Positions 29,973-39,571 of a stretch of 52,051 bases of DNA are shown here, one piece after another (the first letter of the stretch is position 1; each line of letters opens with the position of its first letter). The position numbers were made by a program, and so were the translations under genes. This DNA is from Methanosarcina sp. UBA7. Its GTDB lineage: Archaea > Halobacteriota > Methanosarcinia > Methanosarcinales > Methanosarcinaceae. Below the pieces are notes generated by a model. The model saw only the letters and a program-made list of their open reading frames with translations. It made no database searches and had not been told where the DNA came from. The stretch spans positions 1 through 52,051 of the forward strand of contig DAQQ01000063.1 in NCBI GenBank assembly GCA_002508465.1, given 5' to 3'.

Positions 29973-30929
29973 ATGCGCGTAGAGGTTCCGGCAAAGGATA
30001 TGTGTGACGTGAACAGCGTAGATGTTTGCATTCTGATTCCCACCCTGAACGAAGCTGCAACAATAGGGCAGCTTATTAAAGACTTCAAGCAGGAAGGCTT
30101 TTCCAACATCCTGGTAATTGACGGAAACAGCAAGGACGGCACGGGGCAAATTGCAGAAGCTGAAGGCGCAAAAGTTGTCATGCAGACCGGAAAAGGTAAA
30201 GGGCAGGCAATGATTCAGGCTTTCGAGCTTATAGAGAGCCCTTACATAATAATGGTTGACGGTGACGGAACATACCTTGCCCGAGAAGCTCGCTCCCTTC
30301 TAAGGCCTTTACTGGAAGATAGTGCCGACCATGTAATAGGCAACCGGCTGGAGAATTACTCCAAGGGAGCTTTTACGAGGTTCAATCTTGTGGGCAACCA
30401 TCTTATAAACATGTTTTTTGACGTTGCATATGGCGTAAAATTAAAAGATATCCTCTCAGGTTACCGTGCGTTTACGCTTGAAAGTGTAAAAGAACTTGAA
30501 CTTAATAAGACAGGTTTCGAGATAGAAACCGAAATTTCTGTAGAATGTATTCTTAAAAAACAGAGGGTTGAAGAAGTTCCTATCACTTATTTGCCGAGAA
30601 GTGAAAAAGGCGGAACCAAGTTAAATCCGGTAAAAGACGGATTCAGGATTGGATCTACAATATATAGGCTTGCAAAAATGCACAATCCGATGTTCTACTT
30701 TGGGATAATAGGTTCTATCTTTATCCTGACAGGACTGTTTACAGGAATTTTTGTTGTAATTGAGTGGTGGTCCAGTGATATTACCCATAACCAGCTTTCT
30801 GTTTTAACAACCCTGCTTATCGTATTCGGCCTTCAGATGTATATATTCGGACTCTTGAGCGATTTCATATTAACTCTCCATAGGCAAATAGTCCGTTTAA
30901 TCATGGAGCAGAATAAACAGAAGAAATAA
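29973..30929 (+). CDS. aglJ: GT2 dolichol-phosphate glycosyltransferase, AglJ-like
   Basis: IPTLNE, DGNSKDGT, MVDGDGTY, DILSGYRAF, GFEIETE and two C-terminal TM helices. Confidence 0.82.
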   Translation: MRVEVPAKDMCDVNSVDVCILIPTLNEAATIGQLIKDFKQEGFSNILVIDGNSKDGTGQIAEAEGAKVVMQTGKGKGQAMIQAFELIESPYIIMVDGDGTYLAREARSLLRPLLEDSADHVIGNRLENYSKGAFTRFNLVGNHLINMFFDVAYGVKLKDILSGYRAFTLESVKELELNKTGFEIETEISVECILKKQRVEEVPITYLPRSEKGGTKLNPVKDGFRIGSTIYRLAKMHNPMFYFGIIGSIFILTGLFTGIFVVIEWWSSDITHNQLSVLTTLLIVFGLQMYIFGLLSDFILTLHRQIVRLIMEQNKQKK

Positions 30930-31349
30930 AGAATTTCTATTTTTTTCAGTCTATATTTTATAAATCTTTAGTTATTTACTTTTTTAGAATTTAGGAACTA
31001 TTACAATAGCATATAGTATCAATTGTGCTAATGATTTTCGATTAATTTCTGAAAATATGATATATGTTATGCTAGTTTCAAAATCATTGTTTAGTCTATA
31101 TTGTGTGATTTATAAATTGGCTTCCTGTTTTCCTCTTTTAGAAAGCATACAGCTTACACTTTCAATAAGTTAACTCGAAATCTAAAGCTGAGGTAAGAAA
31201 TAGCCGGCAGTGATTATCCTATAAGTAAGTTCTGTCTAAAAATTCTAATCGATTTTTGTTTTCCTATTTCAGGTTTGTAAATTTCCTATTCTCTAATATT
31301 GTTAGAGAGTCTGGTCGAAAAACTTATAAAAAATTAATCCAAAGTAGTT

Positions 31350-31395
31350 TATGGAGTTCAACCATAACCTTTCAGGAGCCAATTTGAACTCCATA
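31350..31395 (+). other. Hairpin element copy 1 (putative 5' leader RNA) downstream of a TATA box
   Basis: TATGGAGTTCAA-N22-TTGAACTCCATA, 26 nt after ttataaa at 31324. Confidence 0.6.
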
Positions 31396-31480
31396 TGCCC
31401 GGAGGCAAGAAAATCATAGACTTGCAAGTACTTAAGGCTTGCCTGATCCTGCCTCTGGAGTAAAGAAACTATGTAAACAC

Positions 31481-32542
31481 ATGATAGCAAAGAAGAAATT
31501 TGGACTAAGAATGTTAATTTTGGCAATGCTGCTAGTGAGCATAACATTTGTGCCAGCAGCGAGTGCCGAAAAATTAACTGAAAAGACAAATGATACAGCG
31601 GTTGATGAAATAGAGTATAGTGTCCCAGAGCCAGAACCAATTATAACACTTAATACAACATCTAAACAGCCTTATTGGTACTTACTCGAGGCAGACGAAA
31701 ATCAGCAAAAAATCTTCTTTAATTATATTGACAATTGCTATGTTTCCAATGAAGAGAAGAAAGAAATGAAAAAAGAAATGAAAGACATTTGGAAAAAGCA
31801 TCCTGACAAAATAACTGAAGAAGATTACCACACTCTTGAGAAAATTGATAAAGCTACTTCTGAATATCTTAATGATAAGTATGGGAATAAAGATATTGGG
31901 ATTCAATGGTCTGTAGATAATACCAATACAGGTACTCACAATAAAATGACATATAGTGCGTGCAGAAAGATGGGAGTCAGTATAAATTATGCGCAAACTG
32001 CAAGTAATTATTCCGACGAGCCAGATAGTTGGTATACCGGATTCTGGCAAGGATATAATCACTATTACGACCCTGTTTTGTATACTGGCTATGCCCATAC
32101 TAATTGTGCAAACCTTGCCAATAATGCCGAAACGTACTATGACAATGGCCAATTAACGAGTGCATATCAATATCTTGGATATGCAACTCATTACATGTCT
32201 GATTTGGGGAACCCTATGCATACAGGTTGTGAATATGAGCAGTATCGAAATCAATGGGTCCACACTTCCTATGAATCATATGTATATAACAACTGGGACA
32301 CAGGACAAAAATATGGAGACGTCGTAAATGCAACTAACACTTACTACACAATAACAGACCCTGAACAATCCGCAGAAAATTTGGCAAGTTCAACACACTC
32401 CGATGTCGAAACTTTATATGAAACAGTGTATTACAATCCAACTACTTTTGGGTCAAACTCTGACGTTATAGCAATTACAAAGGATAGCCTGCGGGAGGCG
32501 ACAAAGTACAACAAGGGACTTGTAAATTATGTGAGAGGATAA
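31481..32542 (+). CDS. Secreted zinc-dependent phospholipase C / P1-nuclease-family protein
   Basis: Signal peptide (KKKFG...VPAASA); Zn-ligand pattern W...H, DEPD, NHYY, LGYATHYMSDLGNPMH and HTSYE. Confidence 0.82.
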   Translation: MIAKKKFGLRMLILAMLLVSITFVPAASAEKLTEKTNDTAVDEIEYSVPEPEPIITLNTTSKQPYWYLLEADENQQKIFFNYIDNCYVSNEEKKEMKKEMKDIWKKHPDKITEEDYHTLEKIDKATSEYLNDKYGNKDIGIQWSVDNTNTGTHNKMTYSACRKMGVSINYAQTASNYSDEPDSWYTGFWQGYNHYYDPVLYTGYAHTNCANLANNAETYYDNGQLTSAYQYLGYATHYMSDLGNPMHTGCEYEQYRNQWVHTSYESYVYNNWDTGQKYGDVVNATNTYYTITDPEQSAENLASSTHSDVETLYETVYYNPTTFGSNSDVIAITKDSLREATKYNKGLVNYVRG

Positions 32543-32580
32543 TTCCTCTCTATTTTTAAACATAAGGCGGGCGAGTAAAA

Positions 32581-33390
32581 GTGAGAAAAAGAAATCTGTT
32601 ATTTACTACTCTATTTTTAATTCTTGTTGTTGGGGGCATTTCCGTGAGCATTATTCTCCACTCAATCTATATGGATTCAATAGATTGGAGAGATAGAGGT
32701 CAACGGTATAATTGCATATATGACGTCAATGTAGGGGGCCTTTCCGGAAGAGATGTATTGGGGCCTACTGTAATAATGGTTCCAATTCCTGCAACTAAAG
32801 AAGGCAAATTTTTTACTCCCCCTGCTCAGAAAAACCCTTGTTTTACCCAGAAGCTGATGCATGAGATCGATAACTGGCCTGAACAATACCGCAAAGGTCC
32901 CTATTTTGAAAATGCAACTGAAATCTTTGACAACAAAACAACACCAGGAGGTTGGACAACCTTTATTGCAGAAACCGAAAAAGGATATATGCTTGGATTC
33001 AGGACAAATGAATCCAGGCTTCATGATATTTCTTTTAGTGCAAATTTTGTTGCAGACTATTTTGATATTTTTGATCCTATAAGTAACGGAAGTCCAATAT
33101 TATTCCCGGTTGAAAATATTTCGAATATTTCTGTAATCCCTTATGGAGAATACACCAGGTATGACTCAAATCCGACTTATGGCAGTTATGTCTACGTAAG
33201 TGAATGTAGACAAGGAGCACCGATATATTTCCACATCCGTTTGGAAGCAAATAATGACCCCGGGGAGTGGCCCAAAGAATACAGGGGCCAGTATATGGAC
33301 GAAATAAAAGAAACTACTAGTGGCACAGGCTTTTTAAAAGTCAAGGTTACTCTGGGACAGGAATTTTATTTTATGGCAATACCTAAATAA
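32581..33390 (+). CDS. Hypothetical membrane-anchored or exported protein
   Basis: 269-aa ORF with a basic N-terminus and hydrophobic anchor, starting 38 bp after the PLC-family gene. Confidence 0.75.
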   Translation: MRKRNLLFTTLFLILVVGGISVSIILHSIYMDSIDWRDRGQRYNCIYDVNVGGLSGRDVLGPTVIMVPIPATKEGKFFTPPAQKNPCFTQKLMHEIDNWPEQYRKGPYFENATEIFDNKTTPGGWTTFIAETEKGYMLGFRTNESRLHDISFSANFVADYFDIFDPISNGSPILFPVENISNISVIPYGEYTRYDSNPTYGSYVYVSECRQGAPIYFHIRLEANNDPGEWPKEYRGQYMDEIKETTSGTGFLKVKVTLGQEFYFMAIPK

Positions 33391-33507
33391 GTCCAGAATA
33401 TTAGCTATAAAATTCCTAATTATGTTAATGAAACTTTTTAACAGTAACAAAATCGGATGTTCCTTCTACTTCATTAATAAAATTTATAATATTGACTTAA
33501 ATGTCTC

Positions 33508-33549
33508 TGTGGAGTTCAAGCAAACTTTCCAGGCCATTTGAACTCCACA
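33508..33549 (+). other. Hairpin element copy 2, with no intact downstream gene
   Basis: TGTGGAGTTCAA-N18-TTGAACTCCACA, 25 nt after tttataat at 33483. Confidence 0.6.
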
Positions 33550-34049
33550 ACTAGGAGTAAGTAAATGATTTTTTGGAATGATGAAAGTATCAAATATGCA
33601 TAGAAACTATGTAAATATAGATATGACAATGTTTGCCAATGGATTTGCCAAATAGTCAATCGTTAAAAAGAGTAAACTAATTTTTGAATATAGAAAATTG
33701 AGGTCTTGTGTTTCCCCAGTTAGACTATCTATATTATGCCTGATTTTACTATGAACCTTGCCTTCTTCAATTTTCAAGTTAAAACAATTTTACTTGTTTT
33801 TTACTCAATGAATGTTTAGTATTTATGTATAAAACATTTATTTTAATCACATGTCTTATATTTTCCAATAGCTGTAGACATTGAAGTAAAGTAAACTTGA
33901 GTAAGGTTAAAGTTAATTTTTTAAAAAGTGTTATATATAATTACGCGCCTTTTATGATCTAACTCACCCTTGCCTTAATTACAAACATATCTTACAGACA
34001 GATCTTACAGACAAATTCTATAGATTATCAAAATCTTGAGGTTAATAAT

Positions 34050-35336
34050 ATGACGATCGTGGAAGATGCACAAAAAGGGATTATTACCGAAGAAATGAAA
34101 ATTGTTGCAAAGGATGAAGGACTTGACCCTGAATTCATCCGTCGTGGTGTAGCAGCCGGAAGAATTGTTATTCCAACCTCCCCATACAGGCAGGTAAAGA
34201 TCTGCGGTATAGGAGAAGGGCTCAGGACCAAGGTCAATGCATCCATCGGTGTATCCTCGGATATTGTTGATGCAGATATGGAAGTCAAAAAAGCACAGGC
34301 TGCCGAAGCCGCAGGTGCAGACACTCTTATGGAGCTCGGAACTGGTGGAGACTTCCTTGCAATCAGAAAAAAGGTCATTGACAGCATTTCCCTGTCAGTC
34401 GGTTCAGTACCTCTTTACCAGGCTTTCATTGAGGCCGCAAGAAAGTATGGCTCAATCGTGCATATGACCGAAGATGAACTCTTCAAGGCAACCGAAGACC
34501 AGGCAAAGCTCGGAACCAACTTCATGGCAATCCACACAGGGATCAACAATATCACTATGGATCGGCTTAAAGCCCACGGTAGGTACGGTGGCCTCTGTTC
34601 CCGTGGTGGTGCCTTTATGACTTCCTGGATGCTCCACAACGAAAAAGAAAACCCTCTTTATGCAAACTTTGATTATCTCATTGAAATCCTCAAGGAGCAC
34701 GAAGTAGTCCTTTCTACCGGAAACGGAATGCGTGCAGGTGCAGTCCACGACGCAACCGACCGCGCCCAGATTCAGGAACTTATCATCAATGCCGAACTGG
34801 CCGATAAAGCCCACAAACAGGGCCTGCAGGTTATTGTTGAAGGTCCGGGTCATGTCCCTCTCGACCAGATCGGAACCAACGTAAAACTCATGAAGGAAAT
34901 GAGCGGCCACAAGCCCTTCTACATGCTTGGCCCGCTTGTAACTGACATCGCACCCGGTTATGACCACATCGTAACTGCAATCGGAGCATCTGTATCTGCA
35001 TCATACGGATGTGATTTCCTCTGCTACGTTACTCCTGCAGAACACCTGGCTCTTCCAAACCTCGAAGATGTCATCACAGGAGTCAAAACCTCCAGGATTG
35101 CAGCTCATGTAGGCGATATGGTAAAATATCCAGACAGGGCAAGAGAACAGGACCTTGCGATGGGCAGGGCCAGAAGAGAACTCGATTGGCAAAAGATGTA
35201 CTCTCTTGCAATCGATCCAGAACACGCAAAAGAAGTTAGGAACAGCAGGGCTCCCGAAGATACAGATGCCTGCACAATGTGCGGTAACTTCTGCGCCCTC
35301 AAGATCGTAAACCAGAACTACAACCTTGCAAAATAA
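34050..35336 (+). CDS. thiC: ThiC-family radical SAM enzyme (phosphomethylpyrimidine synthase or paralogue)
   Basis: TKVNASIG, SRGG, EGPGHVP, GYDHI, YVTPAEHL and the C-terminal CTMCGNFC cluster motif. Confidence 0.93.
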   Translation: MTIVEDAQKGIITEEMKIVAKDEGLDPEFIRRGVAAGRIVIPTSPYRQVKICGIGEGLRTKVNASIGVSSDIVDADMEVKKAQAAEAAGADTLMELGTGGDFLAIRKKVIDSISLSVGSVPLYQAFIEAARKYGSIVHMTEDELFKATEDQAKLGTNFMAIHTGINNITMDRLKAHGRYGGLCSRGGAFMTSWMLHNEKENPLYANFDYLIEILKEHEVVLSTGNGMRAGAVHDATDRAQIQELIINAELADKAHKQGLQVIVEGPGHVPLDQIGTNVKLMKEMSGHKPFYMLGPLVTDIAPGYDHIVTAIGASVSASYGCDFLCYVTPAEHLALPNLEDVITGVKTSRIAAHVGDMVKYPDRAREQDLAMGRARRELDWQKMYSLAIDPEHAKEVRNSRAPEDTDACTMCGNFCALKIVNQNYNLAK

Positions 35337-35355
35337 GCATGTAATGGTAATGCAG

Positions 35356-35377
35356 AGTAAGGCCTTCGGGCTTTACT
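35356..35377 (+). terminator. Stem-loop after thiC with a cUUCGg tetraloop
   Basis: AGTAAGGCC-TTCG-GGCTTTACT. Confidence 0.6.
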
Positions 35378-35648
35378 AATATCATCTTTTAAAATGCCTT
35401 CATGTTTTTGTTTTCACTGAATTCTTTTTCTTGCTCTTTTTTTCAGTAAGTTCTAATACTCCGCCTAATTCATACATTTTTATATTTTGAAGCCCGCTTT
35501 TTTGCCGTTCTGTCAGTTCAAAATCGACAACTTTTTACATTATTATCTTAAAAATATCAATAGTTATTCTTATTATTTTATTGAGATACTGGAAAGGTTT
35601 CTTATAGATCTAAGTTGAAATTTTTTATTTATTAAGGGTGGCGCTTTT

Positions 35649-37706
35649 ATGAGATATAAATCGGTTAAAGGGCTTGTTGCTCTCGGAATAGTTAAAGGGC
35701 TCATCACTCTGGGATTATTACTCTTTTTTTCAACGTTTTCTGAATGCGGTGCTTCTGCAGAGGTTACGAATTTTTCTGAAACACTAATCCAGGAACAACC
35801 ATTTCAAAAGCTTAATCCCGATGAGGTTACGACTGAATGGAATGATACATATCTTTTCAGCAGCAAGGAAGATGCCTTAAAAGAACTTGAGACCTTAAAA
35901 AAGAAGCCAGAAGAAATAAACGCAACTTTCCGTCCTGAATTCGAAAACTTATCGGGACCTGTTTTACTTGATTATCTGAATGCTGATAAGGAATTTTCAA
36001 AATCTGTTGAAGTTCTGTACGTTTATGCGTATACCCAGCTCAGTAAAAATGTAAGTGATCCGTTTTTTGCTTCTCTTCTTACAGACTCTCAAGATCTACT
36101 TACAGAATATGGGAAAGCAAACTCGTTTACAACCGTAAAATTGACCTCACTCAATAAAGAAGAGTGGAACAGACTTTTTTCCGAAGAGCCAAACCTTGAG
36201 GAGTACAGGCTTTATCTTGAAGCTAAGTATATGAGATTTACAGAGCACAGGCCAACGAATGAGTCTCAGGCTGTATACCTTGCAGAACTCGAAAACCAGC
36301 GCATGAAACTGGAAACTGAAGCGCTTTCAGAAGTTACGAATAATGTCACAATAGCAGGCAATATAACGCTTGAGAATGGAGAAGAATACTCAGTCAATTC
36401 CCAGTCTTACAATACCCTACTTTCGACCGATCAAAACAGGGAAAACAGAAAGAAGTGTTATGAGAAGAGGTTTTACCACCTGAAAAATGAATCAGACTCC
36501 ATGGCATCTCTCTATTCAGAAAAAGCCCGGCTTGACGATCTTGCTGCAAGAGAACTGAACTATACAGATTATTATGACTACACTCTCTATAGTGCCTATC
36601 TTAACCGTACTCAGATTGACGAGATGAATAAGGTTTTCAAAGAAAGAAAAGGGGTATTTGAGGCCTATAATGAGTTCAGGAAAAATAAACTCGGAGTTAA
36701 AACGCTCAGACCATACGACCTTATGTTACAGTTGACGGATCAGCCTGGAAAGAATTATACGTATGTGGAAGCTTTGCAGGAAATCCAGAATTCTTATTCC
36801 AGAATGGACCCCCGTTTCAATGAAATTTTTTTAAAAATGGTAACCGGGAATTTCATAGATGTGTATCCTGACCCTGAACATGGAAAACAGCCAGGAGGTT
36901 ACACTTACAGTTTATGTTCTTTAAAGTCTCCAGCTCTTGTATTTCTAAATTACAATGGCCTTATTAGCGACCAGAAGGCAATTACTCACGAACTGGGACA
37001 TGGGATTAATTTCTACCTTATGGGTAACTCCGTCGATTATCTCTACTGTTCAGGTCCGATTTACGAAATGGAGGTTCCTTCCACTTTCAACGAAGAACTT
37101 TTTGTTGATTACGTGGTTCAAAATTCCGATAAAGAAACCGCAGTTAATGTTCTCTCCCAGCATATAAGTGAATACCAGAACTACTTTACTCGCCAGCCTA
37201 TGATTACGGAATTTGAATATAAAGCACACCAGTTATGTGCTGAAAAAGGGACAGCCAGCGGAGCCGACCTCAATGCAATTTGGACAAACCTATCTAAAGA
37301 GTATGGAAGTGACTCGGTCGAATATTATGATGAGGATTCTGCGGAATGGGCTTATATTAACCATATTTACTTAGCAACCAATTACTATACCTTCAACTAC
37401 GCAGTTTCAAAGGCAATAACTCTCTCTCTTTTCAAACAGTATAAGGAAGACCCGGAAACTTTCAACAAAAACTACATTGCGTACCTCTCGGCAGGTTCAA
37501 CAATGCCGCCTGAAGAAAAACTCAAAAAATATTTCGGAATCGAGATCAACAGGCACCTTTTCGAAGATGCAATGGATGTTGTTGAGTTGAGGACTCAGGA
37601 GCTCAATGAACTGGAAGCAGAAGATAGTGCAAATGAGTCTGAGTCTTTCGCCAAAAGTCTGAATACTTCTGGGTTTTTCTGGACAGGTGAGTATAAAAAC
37701 AAATGA
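35649..37706 (+). CDS. pepF: M3B oligoendopeptidase F with N-terminal signal peptide
   Basis: GKQPGGY, HELGH zinc motif, EVPSTFNE, WAYINH and YTFNYA. Confidence 0.88.
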   Translation: MRYKSVKGLVALGIVKGLITLGLLLFFSTFSECGASAEVTNFSETLIQEQPFQKLNPDEVTTEWNDTYLFSSKEDALKELETLKKKPEEINATFRPEFENLSGPVLLDYLNADKEFSKSVEVLYVYAYTQLSKNVSDPFFASLLTDSQDLLTEYGKANSFTTVKLTSLNKEEWNRLFSEEPNLEEYRLYLEAKYMRFTEHRPTNESQAVYLAELENQRMKLETEALSEVTNNVTIAGNITLENGEEYSVNSQSYNTLLSTDQNRENRKKCYEKRFYHLKNESDSMASLYSEKARLDDLAARELNYTDYYDYTLYSAYLNRTQIDEMNKVFKERKGVFEAYNEFRKNKLGVKTLRPYDLMLQLTDQPGKNYTYVEALQEIQNSYSRMDPRFNEIFLKMVTGNFIDVYPDPEHGKQPGGYTYSLCSLKSPALVFLNYNGLISDQKAITHELGHGINFYLMGNSVDYLYCSGPIYEMEVPSTFNEELFVDYVVQNSDKETAVNVLSQHISEYQNYFTRQPMITEFEYKAHQLCAEKGTASGADLNAIWTNLSKEYGSDSVEYYDEDSAEWAYINHIYLATNYYTFNYAVSKAITLSLFKQYKEDPETFNKNYIAYLSAGSTMPPEEKLKKYFGIEINRHLFEDAMDVVELRTQELNELEAEDSANESESFAKSLNTSGFFWTGEYKNK

Positions 37707-37777
37707 ACTTGAATACTTCAGGTAGAAGAATTTTAATGCTTCAGGTAAAACACGTTTAAACGCTTCAGGTAAAACGC

Positions 37778-37825
37778 TTGAGGGTGTTTGTGGGCATTTA
37801 AAAGTGCCCTCAACCTTCAATTTTT
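37778..37825 (+). terminator. Stem-loop with T-tract after pepF
   Basis: ttgagggt...gggcatt/agtgccc...accttcaa followed by ttttt; preceded by three ttcaggta repeats. Confidence 0.5.
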
Positions 37826-37968
37826 CTTGCAGAGAGCACTTCTCCCAGTTATTTTCCGTCTGTTAAAACCTACTCTTTTCAGCGAACTCTCTTATTTTGT
37901 CCGTTGAATAAAGATTTCTACCAGAAACGAGACAATTATCTGCAACCACGTTTCTGGAGGCAAATAAA

Positions 37969-38439
37969 ATGTATTATGATATAATCGAATCACCAATCGG
38001 TCCTATTCTTCTGGCAGGGGATGAAAAAGGACTGAGACATCTTAATTTCTTGAAAAGCAAGAAGATAATAGAAGTCCCTGCTGACTGGATAGAAAATAAA
38101 GAATTTTTCAGGGAGGTTGCCAGGCAGCTTGAAGATTATTTTTCCGGGAAGCTCCAATCCTTTAACCTTGAACTGGCTCCCGAGGGAACGGATTTTCAAA
38201 AGTCTGTCTGGAAAGCTTTATGCGAAATTCCCTATGGGGAAACTCGAACATATAAAGAGATAGCTGTATCTATCGGAAAGCCAAAGGCCTATAGGGCTGT
38301 AGGGCTTGCAAATAACCGGAATCCTGTTGCGATAATAGTGCCCTGCCACAGAGTTATTGGGGCAGATGGGAAACTTACGGGTTATGCGAGTGGACTGGAT
38401 ATAAAGGAATTTTTATTAAGGCTTGAGAGCCGTTGCTGA
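37969..38439 (+). CDS. ogt: Methylated-DNA-protein-cysteine methyltransferase
   Basis: GTDFQKSVW, IPYGETRTY, RAVG and the PCHRV active site. Confidence 0.96.
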   Translation: MYYDIIESPIGPILLAGDEKGLRHLNFLKSKKIIEVPADWIENKEFFREVARQLEDYFSGKLQSFNLELAPEGTDFQKSVWKALCEIPYGETRTYKEIAVSIGKPKAYRAVGLANNRNPVAIIVPCHRVIGADGKLTGYASGLDIKEFLLRLESRC

Positions 38440-38698
38440 GAGATTCTTTTAGTATTACAATATATTACAAATAAGAAAAGATTTAATATCAACAACGTCT
38501 ATAAAATCTTACATTATTTGCCGAAAGAATACAGTTAGTTTATTTTCGGTTGCAATGTAAGCCAATTTAAGTATTTTTTTGTAAGAGTTAGATGGTCCAG
38601 ATCCTGAATCTTATTAGATTTCAATAAAATTTATCAATTTATTTAAAAATTTCTTTGGGCCAGTGCAGAACGAAGGATAAGTATGCAAATATTCTGAA

Positions 38699-39571
38699 AT
38701 GGCTGGCGATAGCATGGATAAAGTAATAGTTACTGAGTGTCTATCTAAAAAATATGGCAATTTCGAAGCTGTGAAAAGTATTTCGTTCAGTATCCAAAAA
38801 GGAACTATATTCGGACTTCTGGGCCCAAACGGAGCAGGGAAATCCACTACTATTAAGATTCTTACCTGTCAGCTTCCTCCTACATCAGGTACTGCATACA
38901 TTGGAGGACTAAACACCGTATCGGATGCAGTAAAGATAAAAAAGAAAATCGGAGTTGTTTTTGAGTCTCAAAACCTGTATGAAGAATTATCGGTTTATGA
39001 AAACCTCAACTTTTTTCGAAGATTATACAATTCTCCGAAAGAAAGAATAGGTGAAGTACTCAAGGCCGTAGGAATGGAAAGGTATCAAAAAGACAAAGTA
39101 AAGACTTTTTCAAAAGGCATGAAACAAAAGATAATGATTTCTCGGGCCCTTCTCAACGACCCCGATGTTTTATTTCTGGATGAGCCCGGAAGCGGATTGG
39201 ACCCACGCTCGGCAAGGGAAATAAGGCAAATGATTCTTGATCTCAAAGACCAGGGAAAAACAATCCTCATAACGACACATAATATGGAAGAAGCCGATTT
39301 TTTATGCGACTATTTGGCTATCATACATAAAGGATCTATAAGAGCTATGGACACTCCTACAAATCTGAAAAAAAGGTATGGGGAAGATATTCTAATAATC
39401 AAGACTCTAAAAGGAGATATTTACGAATCGCCGCTAAATACAAAAACCAGTAGCGACATCTATGAGAAACTCTCCAAAAATAATCAGGTGTCCTTTGTAC
39501 ATTCAAAAGAGGCTACAATTGAAGATGTTTTCATAAAACTGACCGGGGAGAAATTAACTGATGAATCTTAA
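38699..39571 (+). CDS. ABC exporter ATP-binding subunit (start could be 38714)
   Basis: GPNGAGKS, FSKGM, LDEP and TTHNMEEAD. Confidence 0.93.
   Translation: MAGDSMDKVIVTECLSKKYGNFEAVKSISFSIQKGTIFGLLGPNGAGKSTTIKILTCQLPPTSGTAYIGGLNTVSDAVKIKKKIGVVFESQNLYEELSVYENLNFFRRLYNSPKERIGEVLKAVGMERYQKDKVKTFSKGMKQKIMISRALLNDPDVLFLDEPGSGLDPRSAREIRQMILDLKDQGKTILITTHNMEEADFLCDYLAIIHKGSIRAMDTPTNLKKRYGEDILIIKTLKGDIYESPLNTKTSSDIYEKLSKNNQVSFVHSKEATIEDVFIKLTGEKLTDES

Noticed and set aside
33930..34049. TPP riboswitch upstream of thiC
   Set aside because: No CTGAGA-type core; the leader is AT-rich with only a 14-bp duplication
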